DNA of 64,000 nucleotides, taken from NCBI GenBank assembly GCA_963667105.2, contig CAXXCN010000003.1, forward strand, positions 747,334 to 811,333, read 5' to 3'. This DNA comes from Dehalococcoidia bacterium (lineage in GTDB: Bacteria > Chloroflexota > Dehalococcoidia > Lucifugimonadales > VXLM01). Shown one piece after another: positions 1 through 9,002 of the stretch (the stretch's first letter is position 1; each line of letters begins with the position of its first letter). The notes under the pieces were generated by a model that searched no databases, had not been told where the DNA came from, and worked only from the letters and a program-made list of their open reading frames with translations. Position numbers and translations under genes: made by a program.

Positions 1-248
1 CATCCCTCAGTGACGACTTCGGCAAGACTTGGGATGTCGCGCCGCAGTTGACCGTCTACCACAGCGCCGAGGGCATCGAGTCCGGCGCGCATGGAAAGCG
101 ATCGCAGCGCGAGTTGTGGGACGACATGATGGCCTGGAGATTCGGCCATCCTCGCGGCGTCCTGCTTTCCAACGGCGAGGTCCTCGTGGTTTTCTACGCC
201 GGAGACGGCGAATTCCTGGATATTCGCTGGGCGCGCGTCGCCGTGTAG
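1..248 (+). CDS. BNR/Asp-box (sialidase-like) repeat protein, C-terminal fragment; 5' end lies outside the window
   Basis: Frame 3 is open from the window edge. Translation starts SLSDDFGKTWD (S-x-D-x-G-x-T-W Asp-box) and ends ...VVFYAGDGEFLDIRWARVAV, with the stop at 246-248. Confidence 0.6.
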   Translation, partial: SLSDDFGKTWDVAPQLTVYHSAEGIESGAHGKRSQRELWDDMMAWRFGHPRGVLLSNGEVLVVFYAGDGEFLDIRWARVAV

Positions 249-341
249 TGACGCACACCGTCGGCTTGCGGTTTCACCTCTCCGCGCCTACAATCCCAGC
301 GTACGAAATAGACCGCCCACTCCCTTCAGGACACCGCTCGA

Positions 342-1262
342 ATGAAACGACTCGATGGCGTAAACACGCTGCTCATGACCCCATACACGGCGTCGAACGA
401 AATCGACGTTCATGGCATATTCCGTCAGATCGACCGCGTCGTTCACGCCGGAGCTACGAGTGTTGTCGTGCAGGGCAAGATCGGCGAGTACGACACCTAC
501 ACCATGGATGAGCGCAGGGACACGGCGCGGGCCGTGGTCGAGTACGTGAACGGCGCAGTTCCTGTCGGGGTCGGCATCATCAACGCCACATTCGATGACG
601 GGCTGGCCGTGGGACGGATCGCCGCCGATACGGGCGCGGACTACGTCATGTCACGTCCTCCGATCGACGGTGATTCCCACGACTACTTCCTGCGCCTTGC
701 CGACGTCGTCCCCGTCATGCTCTACGACCAGGGTCTGCGCGGCGAAGTCTCCATCCGCGACGACATCCTGCCTCTCACGCAGCAGACCGAGAACATCATC
801 GCCCTCAAGATCAGCGGCATTCCGGACAAGAACTACGAGGCCAAACGGCTGCTCGATATCCCCGTCCTGTGCGGGTGGGACCTCATGAGCTTGCTTGCCT
901 ACCAAATGGGAGCGGACGGAGTGATTTCCGGCAGCGCAACCCTCGTCCCCGAACACGAAGTCAGGCTGCACGATCTCGTCAGGCAGGAACGCTGGGACGA
1001 GGCGCGCGACCTCTACTACGGGGTGCTCGTGCCCATCCTGAACTACTGCACCTTCGATCCGCACGCCTACTCGGTGTGCAAGTACATCCTCAAGTACATG
1101 GGAGTCATCGAAAACTCCGACGTCCGTCCTCCCAACCCGGATGCCGGCGAGGCCCGCGCAAACGAAGCGTATGAGGTCCTGAGGCGAGTCGGCGTGCTCG
1201 AACTTGAAGGAGCGTCCTTCCACCATGCCCACCGACGCACGATACATCTTCCACGAGGGTGA
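342..1262 (+). CDS. Dihydrodipicolinate synthase / N-acetylneuraminate lyase family class I aldolase
   Basis: 306-aa ORF with ATG at 342. Family-like N-terminus (NTLLMTPYT...) and a Schiff-base lysine context (IIALKISG). Confidence 0.8.
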   Translation: MKRLDGVNTLLMTPYTASNEIDVHGIFRQIDRVVHAGATSVVVQGKIGEYDTYTMDERRDTARAVVEYVNGAVPVGVGIINATFDDGLAVGRIAADTGADYVMSRPPIDGDSHDYFLRLADVVPVMLYDQGLRGEVSIRDDILPLTQQTENIIALKISGIPDKNYEAKRLLDIPVLCGWDLMSLLAYQMGADGVISGSATLVPEHEVRLHDLVRQERWDEARDLYYGVLVPILNYCTFDPHAYSVCKYILKYMGVIENSDVRPPNPDAGEARANEAYEVLRRVGVLELEGASFHHAHRRTIHLPRG

Positions 1263-2067
1263 CCAAGCCCTCATCCTCGACCGGCGTGGTCGGCGCTACC
1301 TCGTCACGCTCAAGATCGACAAGGACGACCAGAACCACCTCGGCACCTTCCATCACGGCGACATCATCGGCAAACCTGAGGGAGTCCGCATCTGGACATC
1401 GAAGGGCCACGCGCTGATCGTCGTCAAGCCCGGCATGGCCGACTACATTCGGATCATGCCGCGCGTCGCCACCGTCGTATACCCGAAGGACATCGGAGCC
1501 ATCATCACCTACGGCGACATCTTCCCCGGCGCGCGCGTACTGGAGGCAGGCACCGGCTCGGGGGCGCTGACCATAGCCCTCGCCCGCGCCGTCGGGGAGC
1601 GGGGAGCCGTCTGCACCTACGACATTCGAGAGGACATGACTCGCCGCGCCCAGGAGAACCTCGCCGCCATCATGCCCGAGCACCCGCACGTGACCTTCAA
1701 GAACGGCGATGTTTCCGAACGCATCCCGGAGACCGACCTCGACCGAATCGTCCTCGACCTCCCCGAACCGTGGCACGTCGTTCCGCACGCCGTCGACGCG
1801 CTCGTGCCGGGTGGGGTTATCCTGTGCTTCCTACCGACCGTCCTCCAGGTCCACGAGCTCGTCATGGCTTTGGAGGACGCCAACACCTTCGGCATGATCG
1901 AGACGACGGAGATCTTCATGCGCACGTGGTCGGTCCGTGGCCGCAGCGTCCGTCCCGACCACCGAATGATCGGTCACACCGGCTTCATCACCACCGCCCG
2001 CAAAACCACACCGTATTCGCCTCCACCCGCATCACCGACATCGGAAGAAGATAGCGGCCGGAATTAG
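1225..2067 (+). CDS. trmI: tRNA (adenine-N1)-methyltransferase, TrmI/GCD14 family
   Basis: SAM-binding motif VLEAGTGSGALTIALARAVG and a GCD14-like N-terminal beta domain. ATG at 1225 is preceded by GAAGGAG at 1206-1212; the track's TTG at 1204 is less likely. Confidence 0.8.
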   Translation: MPTDARYIFHEGDQALILDRRGRRYLVTLKIDKDDQNHLGTFHHGDIIGKPEGVRIWTSKGHALIVVKPGMADYIRIMPRVATVVYPKDIGAIITYGDIFPGARVLEAGTGSGALTIALARAVGERGAVCTYDIREDMTRRAQENLAAIMPEHPHVTFKNGDVSERIPETDLDRIVLDLPEPWHVVPHAVDALVPGGVILCFLPTVLQVHELVMALEDANTFGMIETTEIFMRTWSVRGRSVRPDHRMIGHTGFITTARKTTPYSPPPASPTSEEDSGRN

Positions 2068-2558
2068 AGGCTCGCCTCCCAGTCCTGGATGATCTTCACG
2101 TTGTGGGGAAACGCCAGTTCAGGTAGGGTGCCGACCTCGAACCAGCCCGCTTCTTCGGCGTCCGTACCCGCGGCCAGTCGTCCGCTCGTTACCTTGCCGG
2201 AATAAGCGACGACGATGACCGGATTCGCCGGCAACGAATAGACTCCGATAAGCCCGGTAATCTCCACCTCAAGGCCCGTCTCCTCCCGGACTTCACGCCG
2301 CGCCGCCGACTCGACTTCCTCGCCCCGGTCAACGTACCCGCCCGGAAAGCACCACTTGCCGATCTGCGGTTCAGCCCCCCTTTGAACGAACAGCAGCCTG
2401 TCGCCGTCCGAGACCAGCACGACGACCGCGACCTTGGGATCGAGGAATACGATGAACCCGCAGCTGGGACACGTCGGCCTTGGTTTCCCCTCGAACGTTC
2501 GCTGCTCAAGAGGGTGCCCGCACCGCTGGCAGTAGTTGACGTCCTCGTATTCGGCCAT
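2064..2558 (-). CDS. Nudix hydrolase with N-terminal zinc ribbon
   Basis: CQRCGH...CPSCG zinc ribbon followed by the Nudix box GGYVDRGEEVESAARREVREETGLEV. Confidence 0.85.
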   Translation of the reverse strand: MAEYEDVNYCQRCGHPLEQRTFEGKPRPTCPSCGFIVFLDPKVAVVVLVSDGDRLLFVQRGAEPQIGKWCFPGGYVDRGEEVESAARREVREETGLEVEITGLIGVYSLPANPVIVVAYSGKVTSGRLAAGTDAEEAGWFEVGTLPELAFPHNVKIIQDWEASL

Positions 2559-2685
2559 CGTCCGCCCATGCTATCCAACGGCCCCGCGCCCTGTCCAACG
2601 CAACACCCCCGCCTTGCGTCTCCACCGCCATCTTGATACCCTTCCCGGTGCCAAAACATCAGACTATGGAGGACGATTCCCCGCC

Positions 2686-3147
2686 ATGATCCAGACACTA
2701 AAACGTCTTATGACCACCCGTGAAGTCCACGCCCACTGCGATATCCCGTGCGGCATCTACGATCCCATCGCCGCCAAGATCGCCGCCCAGACCGTGCTGA
2801 AGATGGTCGTCCGCATCCAAGCCATGGACGCAGATGATATGAGCATCGAGGGAGGCAATTCGTTCTCCCGCTACGTGGTCGTCAAGGAAGAGCACGCGGA
2901 GCTCTGCAAGCGCGAGCTCAACATTCTCAGCAACGACTACTTCAAGCCTGAGCACCTTGAGGCCCATCCCGACCTGCCCATGAAGGTCTGGAACGCGACC
3001 AAGCTCGCCTCGACCAACAAGCAGGGTGTCGACAGAGAGGCGGCCGAGAACCTCGTGGCCGCCGTGGACGAGATAGCCACGATCTTCTGGGCCACCAAGG
3101 GCGTCGAGTACAGCGACCCGGTCGCTGAGGTGCGCTTCGGCACATAG
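2686..3147 (+). CDS. sodN: Nickel superoxide dismutase precursor
   Basis: Ni-hook HCDIPCGIYDP lies directly after a 16-aa leader (MIQTLKRLMTTREVHA). ATG at 2686 with GGAGGA 13 nt upstream. The longer track ORF from 2536 is not supported. Confidence 0.9.
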   Translation: MIQTLKRLMTTREVHAHCDIPCGIYDPIAAKIAAQTVLKMVVRIQAMDADDMSIEGGNSFSRYVVVKEEHAELCKRELNILSNDYFKPEHLEAHPDLPMKVWNATKLASTNKQGVDREAAENLVAAVDEIATIFWATKGVEYSDPVAEVRFGT

Positions 3148-3149
3148 CC

Positions 3150-3767
3150 TTGCCCGATATCTCAATCACGCGGATGTTCAAGGACTTCGGCATCACCGCG
3201 CCCGGCGCGCAGAAGTCCGCGCGCGAGGCCCTGTCGCGGGCAGGGATTATCTCCTCACGGCCCAATCGCACTAACATCGCGTCGGAGAAGGTCGACCGGG
3301 CCCGCGAGGCCCTCGAAGCGGCTTTTCTCTGGCATTGCGGCAACGGCGATTGCCGCAGGCAGGCCGAAGCAAGCCCAAGCTTGCTCGTGGACCAGGCCCA
3401 CTGCACGATCTGCGGCGGCTCGAAGGATCGCAGTTCGCTCACGTCTATGGCCTCGGCGCTGGCCGACGCCAACGTGAGCAGGGTTCTCGTCGTCGGTGGT
3501 ACCGAGGCAAAGACTCGGGAGATACGCGAGAAGTCGCCGCCCGGAGTCGAATGGCGGTTCGTAGACGGCACGAGGTCGAAGGACGACCGCTACTTCCGTC
3601 ACAACCGCCGATGGGCGGAAATCATCGTCATCTGGGGCAGCACCGTACTCGACCACCGGGTGTCGTCGCACTTCGAGAGCAAGGGCGACGACCGCGTCAT
3701 AACCGTCACCCGTCGGAGCATCGGCGCGCTTGCCGATGCGGTGGTGGAGCACCTCAACCGGCGGTAG
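3150..3767 (+). CDS. Hypothetical protein with a CxnC...CxxC zinc-ribbon-like motif; the C-terminal half tentatively resembles a DUF2325-type domain
   Basis: TTG start 2 nt after the sodN stop. WHCGNGDC...HCTICGG cysteine pairs, then VLVVGGTE...IIVIWGSTVLDH. No peptidase motifs. Confidence 0.5.
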   Translation: MPDISITRMFKDFGITAPGAQKSAREALSRAGIISSRPNRTNIASEKVDRAREALEAAFLWHCGNGDCRRQAEASPSLLVDQAHCTICGGSKDRSSLTSMASALADANVSRVLVVGGTEAKTREIREKSPPGVEWRFVDGTRSKDDRYFRHNRRWAEIIVIWGSTVLDHRVSSHFESKGDDRVITVTRRSIGALADAVVEHLNRR

Positions 3768-3778
3768 CCCGGTCTCGC

Positions 3779-4258
3779 CTATCCGTCTCCGACGGCTCGC
3801 CGCGTCTCCACGATCTGTTGCGCGTGCTCGAAGAGGTGCGAGATGACCAGCGACCGGGCGGCCTCGATCGCTATCCCCGATGCCGCGCCGTGCCCGTAGG
3901 TGACAGGACGTTCGAGGTCGGACGGCGACATGCCTCCGAGAATCTCCAGTGTCCGCTCGCAGGACTCGCTGAGCCGCCGAGTAACGGTTTCGATATCATC
4001 CCCGCTGTGCGTCTCGACGGAGGCCGTCCGCCGTTCTATCTCGCTGTGGGAACGCGCCAGGTCCGGTTCACTGTCGGCGTTGGCGATCTTCTCCATCCAC
4101 ATGGCCTGCATCTCGATGACGTGCGCCGCCACCTCCGACGCCGTCCACTCGCCATCGCCCGGCGCAGTGTGCAGCTCCCGCTCGGTCGCGCCTGCCAAAG
4201 AAGCGGCGACCTCCTGCTGTGCCTTGCGAAGCTCCTCCGTCAATTCTTGGATACTCAT
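3779..4258 (-). CDS. DinB-family (four-helix-bundle metalloenzyme-like) protein
   Basis: 159 aa with DinB-like spacing of His residues (AAHVIEM ... ISHLFEHAQQI). ATG at 4258. Confidence 0.7.
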   Translation of the reverse strand: MSIQELTEELRKAQQEVAASLAGATERELHTAPGDGEWTASEVAAHVIEMQAMWMEKIANADSEPDLARSHSEIERRTASVETHSGDDIETVTRRLSESCERTLEILGGMSPSDLERPVTYGHGAASGIAIEAARSLVISHLFEHAQQIVETRRAVGDG

Positions 4259-4437
4259 TTCTCATTCTCCTCCGCGATCTCTGCGCCCTCTGGGGTGAGT
4301 CCCACGTGAACCTCCGTCATGATCTCGTCCAACTCGCGCAACATTGTCGCCACCTCGTCTGTGACGTGGATCGGGGACGACGGACAAGGGGGAGCGATGC
4401 CGTTGAAGTCCGACGGGGCCCGGGCTGCGAGCGGCAC
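4255..4437 (-). CDS. Small hypothetical protein (60 aa or shorter)
   Basis: Its stop overlaps the DinB-family start by 4 nt (ATGA-type coupling). No recognisable domain, and the start codon is uncertain. Confidence 0.25.
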   Translation of the reverse strand: MPLAARAPSDFNGIAPPCPSSPIHVTDEVATMLRELDEIMTEVHVGLTPEGAEIAEENEK

Positions 4438-4585
4438 TCATTCTTCCGGGGAAGAAAGGCGCTCGCAGGTGTTCGGCCCGGGCCCTAGTGTACCCGTCGA
4501 ACGGACGCCTGTTGGGTGAATCGTACCACAGGGCCGCTTGGTGATGGTAGCATGGGGTACGACACTGCTCTCGGGGGGCGCGAGC

Positions 4586-5674
4586 ATGGCAAATACGTTT
4601 GGGAAGATGTTCCGCATCACCACGTGGGGGGAATCGCACGGCGACGCCGTGGGAGTGGTTGTGGATGGGTGTCCGCCGCAAATCGAGATCGACGTTTCGG
4701 AAATTCAAAAGGAGCTTGCGCGGCGCCGGCCCGGCCAGAGCCGGATAACGACCCAGCGACGCGAGTCCGACGAGGCGCAGATCCTGTCGGGCGTGTTCGA
4801 GGGCAAATCGCTCGGCACCCCGATCATGATCGGCGTCTGGAACGCCGATCAGCGCTCCAAGGACTACGAGCACATGCGGATCAAGTTCCGCCCTTCCCAC
4901 GCCGACTTCACCTACCAGGCCAAGTACGGCATCCGCAACTGGAAGGGGGGAGGACGCGCCAGCGCGCGGGAGACCATCGGGAGGGTGGCGGCGGGCGCCA
5001 TTGCCAAGAAGATTCTCGCGCAGGAGTTCGGCGTCGAGATCGTTGGCTACGTCAAGCAGGTCTCCGACATGGTTGGTGACGTGGACCCGGAGACCGTGTC
5101 AATGGCCGATGTCGAGTCCACCATCGTCCGCTGTCCCGACCCCGATATAGCAGAGCGTATGATCGAGCGGATCGACGAGGCGCGGAAGGCCGGGGACACC
5201 CTCGGTGGCGTCGTCGAGGCCGTGGCGCGCAACGTCCCCCCCGGACTGGGAGAGCCGGTATTCGACAAGCTGGAGGCCGAGCTCGGCAGGGGAGTCCTCT
5301 CGCTTCCCGCCTGTAAGGGCTTCGAGGTCGGGTCGGGGTTCGGCGGAATAACCATGACCGGCTCGACGCACAATGACCCGTTCTACAACGAGGCCGGCAG
5401 GATCAGGACCCGCACGAACAACTCCGGCGGCATTCAGGGCGGCATCTCCAACGGTGAGAGCATCGTCATTCGAGCCGCGTTCAAGCCGGTCGCGACCATC
5501 ATGATGCCGCAGGAGACCGTAGACGAGGACGGCAACCCGACGGAGCTGTCGGGCAGGGGGAGGCATGATCCGTGCGTCCTCCCTCGCGCCGTGCCGATGG
5601 TCGAGGCGATGATGGCCCTCGTGCTCGTCGATCATGCCCTCCGGCAGCGCGGTCAGGTCGGCGACGTGGGATGA
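4586..5674 (+). CDS. aroC: Chorismate synthase
   Basis: [31 protein letters not shown] is a near-textbook AroC N-terminus. ATG at 4586. Confidence 0.92.
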   Translation: MANTFGKMFRITTWGESHGDAVGVVVDGCPPQIEIDVSEIQKELARRRPGQSRITTQRRESDEAQILSGVFEGKSLGTPIMIGVWNADQRSKDYEHMRIKFRPSHADFTYQAKYGIRNWKGGGRASARETIGRVAAGAIAKKILAQEFGVEIVGYVKQVSDMVGDVDPETVSMADVESTIVRCPDPDIAERMIERIDEARKAGDTLGGVVEAVARNVPPGLGEPVFDKLEAELGRGVLSLPACKGFEVGSGFGGITMTGSTHNDPFYNEAGRIRTRTNNSGGIQGGISNGESIVIRAAFKPVATIMMPQETVDEDGNPTELSGRGRHDPCVLPRAVPMVEAMMALVLVDHALRQRGQVGDVG

Positions 5675-6441
5675 CGGAGCGAAAATGGGACGCGAGCCGG
5701 TACGACAGCGCCCACTCGTTCGTATGGGAGCGGGGTAGGGGAGTCGTCGAGCTTCTCGCTCCCGCGCCGGGTGAGCGCATCCTCGATCTCGGGTGTGGCA
5801 CCGGTCACCTGACCTCCCTCATCGCGGAATCGGGCGCTGAGATCGTCGGCATCGACTCGTCTGAAGACATGGTCGGGGTAGCCTCGGGAAACTACCCCAA
5901 CATCCGTTTCGAGGTGGCCGACGCCCGCTCTCTCCCCTTCGACGCCGAGTTCGACGCCGTATTCTCCAACGCCGTGCTCCACTGGGTCCGCCCCCCGGAG
6001 GCGGTCGTCCAGTCGGTGTGGCGTGCCCTGAAGCCCGGCGGACGCTTCGTGGCGGAGTTCGGTGGCGAGAACAACATCCGGGCTATCATGACCGCCGTCG
6101 GCGAGGCCCTGGACGCGCTGGAGCAAGACGGTACTGAAGTCTACAGGCCGAATAAGTACTTCCCGCCACTCGACGAGTACGTTTCTCTCCTGGAAAGCCA
6201 CGACTTCCACGTCGCGAACTCAGCTCACTTCGAGAGGCCGACGCCGCTCGATGGCGGCGAGGAAGGACTGAGGAGGTGGCTCCGCATGTTCGGTTGGGAC
6301 TATCTGGCCCCGCTTTCACCTGAACAGCGCGAGGAGGTGGTCGCCCACGTCGAGAAGGCCACGCGGTCGACCCTATACGCTGGAGGTACATGGACTGCTG
6401 ACTACTGGCGACTTCGTTTTGCGGCGTACAAGCCGGGATAA
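5671..6441 (+). CDS. Class I SAM-dependent methyltransferase (trans-aconitate methyltransferase-like)
   Basis: [12 protein letters not shown] motif I. ATG at 5671 overlaps the aroC stop (ATGA). Confidence 0.8.
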   Translation: MTERKWDASRYDSAHSFVWERGRGVVELLAPAPGERILDLGCGTGHLTSLIAESGAEIVGIDSSEDMVGVASGNYPNIRFEVADARSLPFDAEFDAVFSNAVLHWVRPPEAVVQSVWRALKPGGRFVAEFGGENNIRAIMTAVGEALDALEQDGTEVYRPNKYFPPLDEYVSLLESHDFHVANSAHFERPTPLDGGEEGLRRWLRMFGWDYLAPLSPEQREEVVAHVEKATRSTLYAGGTWTADYWRLRFAAYKPG

Positions 6442-6449
6442 AAAGGACG

Positions 6450-6922
6450 GTGTGGACCATGGCCGATGACCGCGAGTTGTTTATCGTGAACACGCAATGC
6501 GCCGTCCTACGCGGCGAGCGCATCCTGATGATCGTCAGGGGCGAGGAGGTCCGGCAATCTCCCGGAGTCCTTGCGTTCCCCGGCGGCAAGGTTGAGGTCG
6601 AGGACGGTCCTGCGACATCCTTGAGACCACCGTTCGCCGCGAAGTCCTGGAAGAGACGGGGATCACCGTGTCTTCCGAGTTGGAGTACGTCCGGAGCGTG
6701 GCCTTCTCCATGAACGACGGAACTCCGGTCGTGGATGTGCTCTTCCTCGGCGAGTATGTTGAGGGAGAACCGCACATCACCGACCCCGGCGAGGTGGCTG
6801 AAATCCGGTGGATGACCGCGCAGGAAATCCTCGCTCACGACAAGACACAGCCGTGGCTGAAGAACGCCATCGCCCAGGTCGAAGCCCTCAGACGACAGTT
6901 GACTCGCCCCCGTCAACGTTGA
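6450..6922 (+). pseudogene. Nudix hydrolase gene with an apparent 1-nt frameshift inside the Nudix box
   Basis: Frame 0 reads ...GVLAFPGGKVEVEDGPA up to about 6612. The rest of the Nudix box (DILETTVRREVLEETGITV) and the C-terminus continue in frame 2 from 6614 to the stop at 6922. Confidence 0.6.
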
Positions 6923-7679
6923 TCGCCGCGCCGGTGATGAAGCTGGCCCGCTCCGAGGCGAGGAACGTTATGAGGTCCGCGACCTCCTCCGCCGTGCCGA
7001 TGCGCCCCAAAGGAACGTCTGCCCCTTGCCGCGCGTAGAACTCTTCCTCCGTCAGATCAGTCCCCTCGGCCTGAAGCGCTTCCCACTCGCGGCGGAACTG
7101 TCCGCTCCGAGCGAGACCGATGCAGACCGTGTTGACGAGTATGCCATGCGGCGCGAACTCCCGCGACATCGCCTTGGTCAGCGCGATGCCCGCCGCGCGG
7201 GAAACCGTCGTAGGTACGGTAGCCGCTTCCGGCTGCTTGCCGCCGATGCTCGTCACGTTGATGATCCGTCCGCCACCCGCTTCGATCATGTGCGGTATCG
7301 CCAGACGCGAGCACCGCAGCGCCCCGAACAGCTTGGTATCGAGATCGCCCTGCCAGATGGCGTCGTCCATATCGAGCAGCGGTCCGCCCGCCGACTCGCC
7401 CGCGTTGTTCACCAGGATGTCGAGCTGCCCGAACCGGTGCAAAGTCTCCTCGAAGAGCCGCTCGATCTGACTTTGGTTGCACACGTCCGCTGGTACGGCC
7501 AGAACCTCGCTTCCTGTCAGACCGCGAATGTCGTCTGCGGCCAGTTCGAGGCGCTCCGGGTTTCGGGCGCAGATGGCGACCTTTACGCCCTCGTGACCCA
7601 TCGCAATGGCGGTGGCCTTACCGAGCCCGTCGCTGCCTCCGGTAATCAGCGCGATTTTTCCCGACAGTCCCAGTTCCAA
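6888..7679 (-). CDS. Short-chain dehydrogenase/reductase (SDR) family protein
   Basis: TGGSDGLG Rossmann motif and NNAG motif. At the expected YxxxK position the sequence reads TTVSR. Confidence 0.8.
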   Translation of the reverse strand: MELGLSGKIALITGGSDGLGKATAIAMGHEGVKVAICARNPERLELAADDIRGLTGSEVLAVPADVCNQSQIERLFEETLHRFGQLDILVNNAGESAGGPLLDMDDAIWQGDLDTKLFGALRCSRLAIPHMIEAGGGRIINVTSIGGKQPEAATVPTTVSRAAGIALTKAMSREFAPHGILVNTVCIGLARSGQFRREWEALQAEGTDLTEEEFYARQGADVPLGRIGTAEEVADLITFLASERASFITGAAINVDGGESTVV

Positions 7680-7682
7680 GGT

Positions 7683-9002
7683 TTAGCCGTCTTCCCGCCG
7701 GTAGGCTTCGTCCAGCAGATCGGTGACGTACGCGATCTCAATCGGCGGACCGTATCGCTGAGTGCCGTATTGGAGTTGGAGCACGCAGCCCGGATTCGCC
7801 GTCGCAAGCACGTCCGCATTCGTCCGACCGACGTTCCGCATCTTGGAATCGAGCACGCGGAGTGAGAACTCCCTTTCCGTGATGGTGTACGTCCCGCCCG
7901 CGCCGCAGCACACATCCGAACGCTCCATCTCGACCAGTTCCACGCCCGGAATCGAAGTCAAGATTGTCCTCGGTGCGTCCGTAATTCGCTGGGCGTTGGC
8001 GAGATGGCACGAGTCCTGGTAGGTCACGCGCTTCTCGACGCTTCCGGTCGGGGGAGTAAAGGGCAGGTCTACGAGGAACTCGTGGATATCCTTGACCGTC
8101 GCGCTGAACTTCGCCGCCCGCTCGGCGTAATCCGGGTCGTCTTCGAGCAGGTGATCGTACTCCTTCATCCTCGCGCCGCACCCCGCGGAGGCGACGATGA
8201 CGGCGTCTACCCCTCGTCCCTCGAAGGCGTCGATGTTCCTTCGTGCAAGCTCTCTCGCCCGGTCGAGATCGCCGACGTGACTGTGAATGGCGCCGCAGCA
8301 GCCTTGCCCCTCGGTGACCTCCACCTCGCACCTGTTCCGGGTTAGAACTCGCACAGCGGCGTCCATCTCCGGTCCGTGCATCAACGGCATTACGCACCCC
8401 GACAGAATGGCCACCTTTGCACGTACTTCTCCTTGTGCCGGGTAGACTTGTCCCTTGGCCGTCAACCGCCGCTTCGACACCGTCGGCGCGGACATCTCCA
8501 ACTCCGCAAGGCCCGGAGCAAGAGTGGAAAGTACCTTCGTTTTCCTGATTGTGGTCTGCATCCCGCTCCATTGATAGAGCCTGAGCAAGCTCGCCACGAG
8601 TTCGAGTCGGCCTTGCCTGGGGATAATCGAGTTCAGGGCGAAGTTTCCCACTGCACGGGAAAGAAACCCCTTCTTCCGTCGCGGCTCGACCTCGCTCATC
8701 GTCGCTTCGATCAGGTTGCCGTACGGAACGCCGGACGGACACGCTACCTCACACGCACGACATTGAATGCACAGGTCCCAATGGCGGTACACCTCAGGCG
8801 TTATTCCGATGCGGCCCTCGTTCACCGCCTTCATCAGTGCGATGCGTCCTCTGGGGGACTCCGTCTCCAGCCCCGTCTCCAGATACGTCGGACATGCTTG
8901 GAGGCAAAATCCGCAGTGGACGCACTTGTACATGTCCTCCTCACGCGGCCCGTCAGGGGAGGCGAAACCTGGATGTGCAACCGTCGGCTCAGTCCACGCC
9001 AT
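7683..9002 (-). CDS. glcF: Glycolate oxidase iron-sulfur subunit
   Basis: Two ferredoxin-type cluster motifs (CVHCGFCLQACP, CIQCRACEVACP) plus C-terminal CCG repeats. ATG at 9002 overlaps the glcE stop (ATGA). Confidence 0.85.
   Translation of the reverse strand: MAWTEPTVAHPGFASPDGPREEDMYKCVHCGFCLQACPTYLETGLETESPRGRIALMKAVNEGRIGITPEVYRHWDLCIQCRACEVACPSGVPYGNLIEATMSEVEPRRKKGFLSRAVGNFALNSIIPRQGRLELVASLLRLYQWSGMQTTIRKTKVLSTLAPGLAELEMSAPTVSKRRLTAKGQVYPAQGEVRAKVAILSGCVMPLMHGPEMDAAVRVLTRNRCEVEVTEGQGCCGAIHSHVGDLDRARELARRNIDAFEGRGVDAVIVASAGCGARMKEYDHLLEDDPDYAERAAKFSATVKDIHEFLVDLPFTPPTGSVEKRVTYQDSCHLANAQRITDAPRTILTSIPGVELVEMERSDVCCGAGGTYTITEREFSLRVLDSKMRNVGRTNADVLATANPGCVLQLQYGTQRYGPPIEIAYVTDLLDEAYRREDG

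Noticed and set aside
2536-2685. The N-terminal extension of sodN suggested by the ORF track (203 aa). Similar long 5' extensions are suggested for dnaN, glcF, aroC, hisIE and the methyltransferase at 5572.
   Set aside because: The internal ATG codons have proper RBS or ATGA coupling and give family-typical N-termini. The extensions are Arg/Pro-rich and overlap neighbouring genes.
6888-7679. Both SDR genes (6888-7679 and 45638-46447) seem to lack the canonical YxxxK catalytic motif. They read TTVSR and YNAAN at the expected positions.
   Set aside because: This rests on positional counting by eye. Without a profile alignment I cannot exclude a shifted motif, so it is recorded but not promoted to a finding.
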